64,000 nucleotides of DNA. Source: Mobula birostris (Eukaryota). The notes under the pieces were generated by a model. It was not told the origin of the DNA and searched no databases. It was given only the letters and a program-made list of their open reading frames with translations. This document shows, piece by piece, positions 40,001 to 50,710 of the stretch. A program made the position numbers and the translations under genes. The stretch's first letter is position 1. The number at the start of each line of letters is the position of its first letter. Location of the stretch: positions 32,621,016 through 32,685,015 of the forward strand of contig NC_092374.1 of NCBI RefSeq assembly GCF_030028105.1. Reading direction: 5' to 3'.

Positions 40001-43000
40001 ATATCCGTTAACAGGCCATCAATCACACACACCACTTTATCCTGGCTATTGTCAGGATGAAGCTATGCTCATTCAGGGAAGTGGCAGAAAGTAACTTACT
40101 GCTTATCCGTTCATGTCTGAATGCTGTCATAATTTGTTACATTCAGACATGGATTGCTTCAGATGCTGAAGAGTTTGCAATGGGTTGAACATTAAGCAGT
40201 CATCAGCAAACATCCTGAATTCTGACTAGATCTTGGAAGGAAGGTGAAGTGGCTGAAGATCATTGGGCCTAATACAGTGTCCAGAGAAATTCCTACAGTG
40301 ATGTCCTGGGGTTATTTTGCTTTGTGCAAGATATGACTCTCAATACTGGAGTGCTTTCCCCTTGATGCCCATTGATTACAATTTTAGCAGGGCTCTTTGA
40401 TACTGTATGTCAAGGGCAGTCACTTTCACCTCACCTCTGAAATTTAGGTCAGATTAAAAGTATGAAGCAAGGATGTGGTCAGGTCAGGGGCTACGTATAT
40501 TTAGCAAAACCAAACTAGAGCATCAGAGAGCAATTTACTGGCAAGTAAATGCTGTTTGATAGTACCATCAATGACACTTTCAATCACTTTATCAATGAAT
40601 GATTGATGATTGGGTTGTAATTAGCAGGACTGGATTTGTCCTGAGTGAAAACAGGTCAAATGTGGTCAATTTTCTATATTGTCAGGTCTGTGCCAGTATT
40701 GAAATTGGAATAGCTTGATGAGAGGTGCATTAGCTGTATAACTTAGGTCTTGGGATGTTGTTTGGTACCTCAGTCTGTGATGTCCAGCTCTCAGGTAATT
40801 TGCTATTTTATAGGGTGCATTAAATTGGTTGGAGACTGGTTTCTGAGTTGGTGAAATCAAAGGAAGCCAAATGGATCACCTATTTGGCTTTTGTCACTGA
40901 ACAAAATTACAGATGTTTTTTGAGCACTCAAATGCTGGGCCCACCTGTCAATGATTGAAATGTTTTGAAGACTAATCTTGGTATTACACTGGTAACATGT
41001 TTAACACTTGGAGTTAGACCTGGAATTCGAGCACTAAAAGAATCAGCGCTAAAAACAGTCGTTATAGCATTATATATAGAGACGTTATTGACAGGGTTGA
41101 GGTGCAATTGACCGGTACAAAAATCAGCAATGAACTTCACCACTCAGTGTGGAGTGGCAATCTGGACAGATGGTGTTGGGTGGGCGAGAACAAGCAGTGT
41201 CAAGGTCAAGTGGGTATATTCAATAATTGTTGAAGGCAAAGTCTGGCAGCCTTCCAAAGTCACTCTTTGAGATGTACATTGAAGTCCTGCATCCGGAATA
41301 CATGTTGTATCTTTGCTACTTTAAGTGCTTGCTTCAACTGTCATTCAACATGCAGGAACATGGAATCATTGGCTCAGGGAGGGTGGAAGGTGGTTACCAG
41401 GAAGAAGTTTCCTTGTCCATATTTGATCTGAAGCCACAATACGACTCCTTCCTTTGGAATACTGCTATGCTGTAATCTCTGGTGGATCTTCCTGGCAGAG
41501 GGGCAGGATTTACCCAGGAGTTGAAATATTCCTATTCACAGAATCATAACCTGGACGCTATGTTATGGTATCATCTGACCAACTTGTGGGACAGCTCTCC
41601 CAGTTTTGGTACCTGTTCCCAGATATTTGCGAGAAGAGCTTTGCAGATCTAACCAAAGTGGGTACAACTTTGCCACTCCCAAAATTGTACCCAAGTCATG
41701 CCAGGTAGTCTGCCCAGTTTTATTGTTTGAGATTAACAGCAAATAGTACAACTAGGCAGCTTGCTCGGCCATTTCAGAGCCCATTTGAGAATCAAATAGA
41801 GGGTTAGGTCCAGAATTGCACAACGACTATTCAGGGTGAGGATAGGTTTCCTTTTCTCGTGTATAATAGTAAGCCAGATGGCTTTTTGCAATAATCTGTT
41901 ACTTCTTCTAGTGTCTTTATTAAAGCAATACTCAAAATGCCATTTTCCAAACCTCCTAAGCTGTAAACTTCAAGCGGGCCAAACCTGTAAGTAATCAGGC
42001 ACCAAATGCTGGACCCATGGAAGGTCAGAATGAGCATTTGAGGTTGAGGCCAGAGGATTCAAGCTTTCCACTTTAATGGCATTCAATTTAAAAATAGCTT
42101 TTTTTGTCAAACTACCAACTCACCTGGAGTCATTCTAAGCATTGCAAGATTTGGGCTGACTGGTTTTTCTGATTTTTTGTGGCTCTTTTCAATACTGGAC
42201 CTGTACAATACAAAAAATATTTTCTTTAAAAACACAATGCATAAAAACTTATTTACACTTAGTGCTCTGAAATATGCCTATTCTAATTTTAAATCTTTGT
42301 TTTCTGAAAAGTACTTGAACACTTTATACGCTTTCCTCTTGAAAGACATAATGAGACTCTGATCCATTTTTCACAAGACAAGGGAGCAGAAGTAGGCCAT
42401 TTGGCCCATCAAGTCTGCTCCACCACCCCACAAGCTAAACTATTCTCCCATCTAGTTCCAATTTCCGGGTTTTTCCCCATGTCTCTTGATACCCTGACTA
42501 ATTAGATACCTATCAATTTCCTCCTTAAACACCCTCAATGATCGGTCCTCCACACCTGTATGTGGCAACGAATTCCATAAATCCACGACCCTCTGGCTAA
42601 AAAATTTCTCCTCATCTGTTTTAAATGGGTACCCTCTGTGGCCTCTTGTCCGGACTCACCCACCAAGGGAAACAGCCTTTCCACATCTACTCTGTCCAAC
42701 CCTTTCAACATTCGAAATGTTTCTATGAGATCCCCTGTCATTCTTCTATGCTCTAATGAATACAGTCCAAGAGCCGACAAACGCTCCTCATATGTTAGCT
42801 CCTGCATTCCAGGAATCATCCTCGTAAATCTTCTCTTGACTCTCTCCAACATTAGAACATCCCTTCTAAGATAGGGGGCCCAAAACTGCACACAGTATTC
42901 CAAATGAGGTCTCACCAGTGTCCCATAGAGCCTCATCAACACCTCCTTAATCTTATACACTATTCTTCTTGAAATGAATGCCAACATAGCATTCGATTTC

Positions 43001-46000
43001 CTTACTGCCGATCCAACCTGGTGGTTAACCTTTAGGGTATCCTGCACGAGGACCCCCAAGTCCCTTTGCACTTCTGATTTTTGAATTTTCTCCCCATCTA
43101 AATAATAATCTGCCTGATTATTTCTTCTTCCAAAATGTCCAACCGTACATTTTGCAACGTTGTATATCATCTGCCATTTCTTTGAACACTCTCCTAAACT
43201 GACCAAGTCTCTCTGCAACTTTTCCGTTTCTTCAACACTTCCTGCTCCTCCACCTATCTTGGTGTCATCCGCAAACTTAGCCACAAAACCATTTAATCCA
43301 TAATCTAAATCATCGATGTACATTGTAAAAAGAAGCAGCCCCAACACCGATCCTTGCGGAACACCACTAGTAACCAGCAACCAATCAGAATAGGATCCCT
43401 TTATTCCCACCCTTTGCTTTCTGCCTATCAGCCAATGCTCCACCCATTCCAATATCTTTCCTGTAATTCCATGGGCTCTCATCTTATTAAGCAGCCTCTT
43501 ATGCGGCACCTTATCGAATGCCTTTTGAAAATCCAAATACACAACATCCACAGCCTCTCCCTTATCAATCTTATTTGAGATTACCTCAAAAAATTCCAAT
43601 AGGTTGGTGAGACAGGATCTTCCTTTCATGAAACCATGCCGGCTTGTCATGCACCTCGAGGTATTTCATAACCTCGTCCTTGAAGATCGACTCCAATAAC
43701 TTTCCAACTACCAATGTCAGACTAATAGGTCTGTAATTTTCTTTTTGCTGCCTCCTTCCTTTCTTAAACAGCGGAACTACATTTGTGACCCTTTGCCACC
43801 ATCATATTAAAATTACTTTACTTTATTGTCACCAAACAATCGATACTTGAGCATACAATCATCACAGCGATATTTGATTCTGTGCTTCGTGCTCCCTGGA
43901 GTACAAATCAATAGTAAATACTGTATTAAAAATTTTAATTATAAATCATAAGTAGAAAATAGAAAAGGGAAAGTAAGGTAGGGCAAAAAAACCGAGAGGC
44001 AGGTCCGGATATTTGGAGGGTACGGCCCAGATCTGGGGCAGGATCCGTTCAGCAGTCTTATCACAGTCGGAAAGAAGCTGTTCCCATATCTGGCTGTACG
44101 AGTCTTCATGCTCCTGAGCCTTCTCCTGGAGGGAAGAGGGATGAAAAGTGTGTTGACTGGGTGGGTTGTGTCCTTGATTATCCTGGCAGCGCTGCTCCGA
44201 CAGCGTGCGGTGTAAAGTGAGTCCAAGGACGGAAGATTGGTTTGTGTGATGTGCTGGGCTGTGTTCACGATCTTCTGCAGCTTCTTCTTGTCTTGGACAG
44301 GACAACTTCCATACTAGGTTGTGATGCACCCTAGAAGAATGCTTTCTACGGTGCATCTCTAAAAATTAGTGAGGTTTTTAGGGGACAGGCCAAATTTCTT
44401 TAGTTTTCTCAGGAAGTAAAGGCGCTGGTGGGGCTTCTTGGCAGTGGACTCTGCTTGGTTGAACCAAGTCAGGTCATTTGTGATATTGACCCTGAGGAAT
44501 TTAAAGCTTTTGACCTGTTCCACTTGCGCACCACTGATGTAAATTGGATCATGCAGTCCACTACTCCTTCTGAAGTCAACAACCAATTCCTTCATCTTAC
44601 TGACGTTGAGGGATAGGTTATTGTCTTCGCACCATGCCACCAGGTTCTTAATTTCCTCTCTGTACTCAAACTCATCATTACCCAAGACACAGACTACAAT
44701 TGTGGCCGTATATATTAAGAACTTATATATTGAGTTCGATTAAATTATCTACAATTCTTGAAGTGACCATGAAAGAAATGTACCCTAACTAGTTATTCTT
44801 CAATGTGAGTTCAGTGACATCACAATTGGACCCAATCTTTTAAAATTATTTCTCTCTCATAGGCTTGTCATGCACCTCGAGGTATTTCATAACCTCGTCC
44901 TTGAGGATCCTTGAGGTAATGTAACAACGGACAAGTTTTCCCAATCACACAAACCAACTTCAAGAAATATTTTGAATATTGGAACTTTGCACTCTGTGCA
45001 TGTTATAACGTTAGTTTTTCCATTAAATTAAGTCACTTCTTGGCAAGAAAAATGCCTCATAGAGCCAACAATGAGGGTAAATGAAAGTAGCACAGCACAC
45101 AGTGGATTTGGAAGGAAGGATTGGCTAGAGGGGAGAGATGAGTTGTGGTGGAAAGCAGAGGAAATAAGGAAAGCAAAATCACAATGTCAGCCACCCACTT
45201 AAAAAGTGGAATTCAAGAAATAAAGCATGTTTTTCTCCCTATAGAATTGCTGACAAGTGGAAACAAAATATTATATGTTACCCACAATAAATCACTAAAT
45301 TAATGACTTTAATGAGTAGCATGCTCCTGAAGTATAACCTAGGCAACCATTACAATCATTTATAATAAAATAATTAAATTGACAATCAGATAATGCAAGT
45401 TATCTGTACATTAGTAACCAAATTAACAATAGAATAACTGAATGGTTACAACACAGTGGGCTCTTCAGAACATTGTATCTATCAGAACTTTCTAGTTCCA
45501 CTTCCTGGCCCTTTCTCCATGGCATTGCAAATTTTTTGCCATTAATTTATCCAGTTTATTTTTGAAGCTAGAATGAACCTTGCTTCTATTATATCTACAG
45601 GCCGCAGTTCCAGGTTTTAAACCACCATTCAGTACATTTCTTCCCTCCCTCATGTTATTTTTAATTCTTCTCCCATTTATCTGTACTCATGATCTCCAGT
45701 CTTTGAGTCCTCCACTAAATAAACCGCCTGCCACTAGCAAATCTCAGATCAGATCAGCCTTCTCCTCCCTAAAGTAAACAGCCCCAGCCTTTGCTCTATA
45801 CTTGTAAATGTCCCAGGAAATATTATTAAAAATCTTTTCTGCTCCCTTCCCATCACTTTCATAATTCCTCCTTCCTAAAATGGAGGGACCACAATCGAAC
45901 ACAATTCTCCAGCTGAAACATGATCAAGCACGTTTTAATTTCTCTGCTTTTATGCTCGCATGCATAGATACCTTCAGGTTCATCCGCTCCTGCACACATT

Positions 46001-46978
46001 TAGGATAGGATCTATTATTCTAGATTACCTCTCCTAATTCTTTTGCCAAAATACATCACCTCACATTTCCCAACATTAAATTTTAACTGCCATACATCTG
46101 GCCATTCCACCACCCTGTTTACTTCCTCTCCATTATTACTGTGCCGCAATACTGAAAAATGTGTCATCTGCTAACTTAGAAATTATGAATTGCATTAATA
46201 TAGTCCTCCACCCCAAAGAAAATGACAGTACTCACACTAACTTCTGGGGGATGTTTCAGTCCATCTTCTTGCAGTCCAGAAAAAAAAAACACTCACTACG
46301 ACCCTCTTTTGTGTTACCCATCCAACATCACATCTATTCCATCTGTGTCCCTTTTATGTCACGTGCTTCAACTTTGCTGATAAGCTTGTAATGTGGCATC
46401 TTATCAAAAACCTTTAGGAAGTCTACATACGCATCAACTGGATTACCCTCCAGTCAAACAATTTTATTGAATTGGATAAACAGGACTTGCCCCTTGGCAT
46501 GAGTCCTGAAGGTACCACCTGACTAACCATCTTATTTGAGGATCTGACAGCTTAATGGAATTCCCAAAAGCTTGTTGAGTCTGGGCTTCCAAAATTATAT
46601 TTCACAAAATTTCGTGGGAAAGAACATTAGTTAAGTAGAAATCTTAAGTCGATTCAGAAAGAGTTTCATGAAGTACTAACTGGTTTAAGCATAGTGAAGA
46701 TGAATATTCATTGGAAGAGTGATATTGAAGCATTCTTCTATCTCAGACCTTAGTACTTACATCAGATGATCAAGTGTGTTTGAAATTAAAGGTGTTACCA
46801 ATCGATGCCGTGGAGTAAGAGAGATTTTTCCTTTCTCATTAGGAGATCCATTGATCTTCCTTCTATTTGCAAAGAGCTGCTGAGATTGTATTTTTATTCC
46901 AGTATGGAGATTCTTGTATCCACGGCATGGAGTGACATCCGCTTCTTGAAATCTGTTTGATCCAGGTGTTGGAGCCAT
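21762..46978 (-). CDS. Uncharacterised 4-pass membrane protein, 381 aa; complement(join(21762..22004,27804..27921,32756..32907,36224..36360,36796..36913,39069..39151,42124..42200,46761..46978))
   Basis: Eight exons, all GT-AG, phases 2,1,0,1,0,2,0 all compatible; 1146 nt open, ending in TAA; four hydrophobic segments; upstream non-coding exon in the CpG island. Confidence 0.88.
22540..22659 (-). mobile_element. Short Penelope-like element 3' end (pLTR fragment)
   Basis: Same sequence as the ends at 31145 and 51954; 11-bp TSD CTTACAAATGC (22529-22539 / 22660-22670). Confidence 0.8.
23478..24274. mobile_element. Non-autonomous Tigger/pogo-like DNA transposon
   Basis: TIRs CAGTGGACTCTAGTTAAATG / CAATTAACTGGAATCCACTA; TA on both flanks. 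Confidence 0.75.
25064..27122 (-). mobile_element. CR1 LINE, 5'-truncated and relatively well preserved (RT domain)
   Basis: ORF pieces 26162-26737 and 25476-26285: [43 protein letters not shown]; CR1 tail at 25064. Confidence 0.95.
27268..27465 (+). mobile_element. tRNA-derived SINE
   Basis: A-box-like TGGTGATGTAGTGG and B-box-like GGTTCAAATCC; non-tRNA body. Confidence 0.6.
27804..27921 (-). CDS. 4-TM gene coding exon 7 (TM3)
   Basis: gtatag|G ... CTG|gtaagg; encodes LALLVVAASWTLLMLKLLIAAQNLEHAIEGTVYRLIEEL. Confidence 0.88.
28520..29330. mobile_element. Penelope-like element remnant: GIY-YIG C-terminus with pLTR (- strand) and an inverted pLTR
   Basis: LGDHFTEHL.. and LGSFQSDGM-like peptides; inverted terminal copies; diverged TSD TTTATCTATT(AAG/GAC)TAAG. 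Confidence 0.8.
30292..30589 (+). mobile_element. tRNA-derived CORE-type SINE (family A)
   Basis: A box TGGCCAAGTGG, B box GAGTTCGAGCC, CORE-like GTGTCCTTGAGCAAGGCACTTAA; 14-bp TSD TTGCACAATATCCA. Confidence 0.9.
31145..32422 (-). mobile_element. Penelope-like retroelement, 5'-truncated: RT thumb/linker, GIY-YIG endonuclease and pLTR with hammerhead motif
   Basis: GVIYCVRCSLCGLLYIGETRCRLGDRFAEH...PVATHFN...EQHLIFRLGSLQPDGMN; Cys-rich linker; 14-bp TSD TATCCTCCTCACAA (31131-31144 / 32423-32436). Confidence 0.93.
32756..32907 (-). CDS. 4-TM gene coding exon 6 (TM2 and basic loop)
   Basis: ctacag|GAT ... TG|gtaagc; encodes FHVTFILYVMLYVAGIMILLYYLVDNMIQKSRLTPKRTKI. Confidence 0.88.
34230..35028 (+). 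mobile_element. Rex1/Babar-type LINE 3' fragment inserted in a decayed CR1 (~33150-35930)
   Basis: WCEQNYLQLNV.KTKELVVD, YKYLG, QSRLYFLRRLRSF, FYESVVAS, RKSFLPVAIKLYN; AATAAA and (TATGAC)n tail. Confidence 0.9.
36224..36360 (-). CDS. 4-TM gene coding exon 5 (predicted luminal loop with NQS sequon)
   Basis: tttcag|GC ... TTG|gtgagt. Confidence 0.85.
36796..36913 (-). CDS. 4-TM gene coding exon 4 (TM1)
   Basis: ttccag|ATT ... CATG|gtatgt; encodes GEVIGLAITSFLLSTAVFIMFEYL. Confidence 0.87.
39069..39151 (-). CDS. 4-TM gene coding exon 3
   Basis: aaccag|GT ... GGA|gtaagt; encodes LQQKQKLLQEKHLKAKSSVDKIPIGGG. Confidence 0.83.
39575..39995 (-). mobile_element. Degenerate Penelope-like pLTR fragment
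   Basis: Homologous to 31145-31620 and 28520-29130. Confidence 0.7.
42124..42200 (-). CDS. 4-TM gene coding exon 2
   Basis: gtacag|G ... CCAG|gtgagt; encodes SSIEKSHKKSEKPVSPNLAMLRMTP. Confidence 0.83.
42372..43800 (-). mobile_element. CR1 LINE, 5'-truncated; long RT ORF remnant at 42535-43650
   Basis: [57 protein letters not shown]. Confidence 0.95.
43810..44705 (-). mobile_element. Rex1/Babar-type LINE 3' fragment
   Basis: YREEIKNLVAWCEDNNLSLNVSKMKELVVDFRR, QRLYFLRKLKKF, RTARYGNSFFPTVIRLLN. Confidence 0.9.
46761..46978 (-). CDS. 4-TM gene coding exon 1 (MAPTPGSNRF...LDHL)
   Basis: Acceptor ttctag|AATAATGG; donor AT|gtaagt; only one open frame. Confidence 0.85.
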
Positions 46979-48042
46979 TATTCTAGAAAAACAAAAATAT
47001 TTACGACAGATTATGTAATTACAGTAACTATGCAATGTGGTTACTATTCAGTGGCAGCAACAAAAAGTAACATTAATATTTTTAACATACATAGTCTTCT
47101 GCAGGTGACAAGATAGGATAACAATTTTATTAAAAGACATTTCCAATTGTTCCTGTGAATTTAATTGTTGATTGAATACTGCATTGCACTTTGAGAATTG
47201 CACTAATCTCATTTGCTTGCATTTGGTCCCCATCCCTATAAATCTTCTCTATTCATGTACCTGTCTAAATGCCTTTTAAGCATTGTAACTGCACGCACCT
47301 ATGCAGCTTCCTCTGGCAACTCATTCACAGACTGACAACCCTCACCATGGGAAAAATAAATTGCTCTTCACATGTCTTCTAAAATTTTCTCCTCTCTTAA
47401 ATCCGTATCCTCTTATTTTAAGCTCCCCCACCTAGAGAAAAAGACAGTGTTTATCCATCTTATTTGCAGCCATCATGATTTTATAAATCTCTATAAGGTC
47501 ACCCTGCAGCTTCCTACACTCCAGGGAAATAACTCCCAGACTACTTAGCTTCTTATAACTCAAGAACGCCTCCCTCCCCACCAAATTCCAGTAATATCCT
47601 TGAAATTTCTGCACCTTTTCCAGCTCAGTGATTCCTACCTACAGCTGGGCAACCAGAACCGCACACAATGCTCCAAATATGATTCAGCAACAACCTGTAG
47701 AGGTGCAGCTAGGCATTCGAACTCTTGTACACAATTGGCATGCTTGCCTTTATTGTCACTCCGTCTGCCTGTAGCAGCGAGCTCTGTATCTGTATCCCTT
47801 GAGCAATAAACTCCTCTGCTGGAGGAAATCAATAAGTCAAGGGGTACAGATACATAGTTGCCTGACACATGTGGATGGAGTGGCGATAAAGACAAGCACA
47901 CCAAATGCCTTAATCAAAATTAGAGGTGTGATGTATCAGTTTACAGGAGCGATACAAGATGTTTGGTTGACTGGTGCTGCAACATCAATATCTTGCTCAA
48001 TGTTAGTAAAACTAAAGAGCTGATTGTGTTGATTTCAGGAAG

Positions 48043-48046
<4 letters not shown>

Positions 48047-48118
<72 letters not shown>
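48047..48118. repeat. (GT)n microsatellite within decayed Rex-like sequence
   Basis: Perfect TG run. Confidence 0.97.
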
Positions 48119-48120
<2 letters not shown>

Positions 48121-48755
48121 GCGGTGAACACATACCAGTCTATAGAGAGGGAAAATAGCATGGAGAAATCAGCAGCTTTATATCACTGGGTGCTTACACA
48201 TCAGATGACCCATCCCAGACACAGCATACAGATGCAGTCGTAAGGAAGGTGCACACTTGAGTCACCCTCAGCCCGAAATCCCACACCATCAGGTTCAGGA
48301 ACTGCTACTTCTCTTCAATTTATACAACCCTGAGATTCATTTTCTTGCAGGCATACACAGTAAGTCCAAGAAACAATATAATCAATGAGAAAAAAAAATT
48401 ATACCCAACAGCACAGACAAACAGTGCAAATACAAATGAAAAAGAATAAATAGTAATAAATAAGTTATAAATATTGAGAACATGAGATGAAGTGTCCTTA
48501 AAAGTAGGTTGAGGGAAGACAGCGATGGGGCAAGTGAAGGTAACCCTTCTGGTTCAAGAGCCTGATGGTTGAGGGGTAACAACTGTTCCTGAACTTGGAG
48601 GTGTGGGCTCTGAGGCTTCTGTATCTTATTCCTGATTGTAGCAGCGAGAAGAGAGCACGACTTGAGTGGTGAGTTCCCTGATGATGGATGCTGCTTTCCT
48701 GTGACAGCACTCTGGGCGGATGTGCTCAATAGTGAGGACATACCCATGATGAAGG

Positions 48756-49455
48756 CCATAAGACAAAGGAGCAGAAGTCGGCCATTCGGCCCATCAAGTC
48801 TGCTCTGCCATTTTATCATGAGCCGATCCATTCTCCCATTTAGTCCCGCTCCCCTGCCTTCTCACCATAACCTTTGATGCCCTGGCTACTCAGATACCTA
48901 TCAATCTCTGCCTTAAATACACCCAATGACTTGGCCTCCACTGCTGCCCGTGGCAACAAATTCCATAGATTCACCACCCTCTGGCTAAAAAAATTTCTTT
49001 GCATTTCTGTTCTGAACGGGTGCCCTTCAATCCTTAAGTTATGCCCTCTCATACTAGACTCCCCCATCATGGGAAGCAACTTTGCCACATCCACTCTGTC
49101 CATGCCTTTCAATATTCGAAATGTTTCTATGAGGTCTCCCCTCATTCTTCTAAACGCCAAGGAATATAGTCCAAGAGCGGACAAATGTTCCTCATATGTT
49201 AACCCTCTCATCCCCGGAATCATTCTAGTGAATCTTCTCTGTACCCTCTCCAACGTCAGTACATCCTTTCTTAAATAAGGAGACCAAAACTGCCCACAGT
49301 ACTCCAAGTGAGGTCTCACCAGCGCCTTATAGAGCCTCAACATCACATCCCTGCTCCTATACTCTATTCCTCTAGAAATGAATGCCAACATTGCATTCGC
49401 CTTCTTCACTACTGACTCAACCTGGAGGTTAACTTTAAGGGTATCCTGTACGAGA
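48756..49455 (-). mobile_element. CR1 LINE 3' fragment, same subfamily as 42372-43800
   Basis: ORF 48840-49409: [37 protein letters not shown]. Confidence 0.93.
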
Positions 49456-50269
49456 ACTGGACCATATCCATTTTTTGATAGGATTTATCCAAAGAAGGGC
49501 CTTAAAACACATCTGTAGAAGTTTGTCTAAGTTTGTTCTAATTGTGCCTTTTCTTGAAAAAAAAACTGCATACTGTAATTTATGTTTAATTGTGAATGCT
49601 GCATATCTGATGCTATGTGCCTGTGATGCTGCAGCAAGTACATTTTTCACCTGTACTCACAAACAATAAACTCAACTTTGAAACAGTACTGATACAGATT
49701 TTAAATCTGAGACATTGACTTAGATCCCACAGATATTGCTCAATCTACTAAATTCCTCTAGCAGGTGGTCTAAGTCTCCAAATTCCAACATTTGCCGTCC
49801 CTCATGTATCTATCTGTATCTCCAAGGCTCTCTGTTCAATCTAGGGTCCCACCATTTATTCTGCAAGTCCTGCCCCAGCTTATCTCACCAAAATACAGTA
49901 CTCACATTTAGCCAAGTTAAATTCCAATCTGTCAGTCTTTTATACATCTCTCCAGTTCATCTCCATGGTCACCAAAAACATTAACATAAATGACAAACAA
50001 GAGTGGACCCAGCATCGAAACCTACAACACACCGCTTTTCACAGAATAACAGCCTCCCACTAATACTTACAGACTCCTACCAAGTCAGATTTAAATCCGG
50101 TTGGTAATCAGATCCCATGCGATCTAACCTTTTTTACCATACATGGTGGACCAGAAGCACTTGTACGCAGTAAACAAATTGGATCGCACGCTCACAGAAA
50201 TGGTAACTGTGCACTGAGAGTTTAGTTCCCTTTCCCAAGCTTCCCTCTGGTTTATTATGCTCCGGATCA

Positions 50270-50710
50270 TGTGGCCTACGTGCTCCATACCTTACCCGAG
50301 TTGTTCTTGGATGGGCTGCTACAGGTTCATGTCGAGTTTAGCACCGGCTGCCTCCTCTCCCGCAGCCCCGATCCAGCCCCCACACAACCAGAGCAGCGTC
50401 CGACCGTTGTCGCCTGCTCGACCGCCTCCTCTCCCGCTTCAAATTCAAGCGACCCGCCTCCACGGGCGCGACCAATCGACTGCCGACATTATATACCAAT
50501 CCCCGCCGTTCCTCGGGCACTGTGGGGGCGGGGAATCGCGATTGATGTCGCCGTGAACCAAACAGAATCGAGCTCTGTCAGAAGCCCCGCCCTGAAGCTC
50601 CAGCTTGCCCAATGAACATATTGAGCAGGCGAGCAGAAGAATCGTCCGCAATGGAGACGGCGCCGCGCACGGCGGTGGATTCGGGGGAGGGAGCGGCGCG
50701 AAATATGGAG
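50270..50710. promoter_or_regulatory. Bidirectional CpG-island promoter shared by the 4-TM gene and CENPH, with CCAAT, GC and CDE/CHR-like boxes
   Basis: CpG-dense stretch in AT-rich surroundings; CCAAT at 50472, 50496 and 50609; GC boxes at 50525 and 50585; - strand GGCGG-gtcg-CTTGAA-TTTGAA at 50438-50458. Confidence 0.8.
50296..50430 (-). other. Probable non-coding first exon of the 4-TM gene (5' boundary approximate)
   Basis: Donor CGG|gtaagg at 50296/50295 inside the CpG island; the next exon's acceptor at 46982 precedes the ATG. Confidence 0.6.

Noticed and set aside
42535-43650. 371-aa ORF as a domesticated RT gene
   Set aside because: It is a 5'-truncated CR1 with an internal deletion and frameshifted end; an ordinary young LINE copy.
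50257-50651. Several 60-114 aa ORFs in the CpG island
   Set aside because: Expected in GC-rich promoter DNA; they overlap regulatory boxes and show no homology I recognise.
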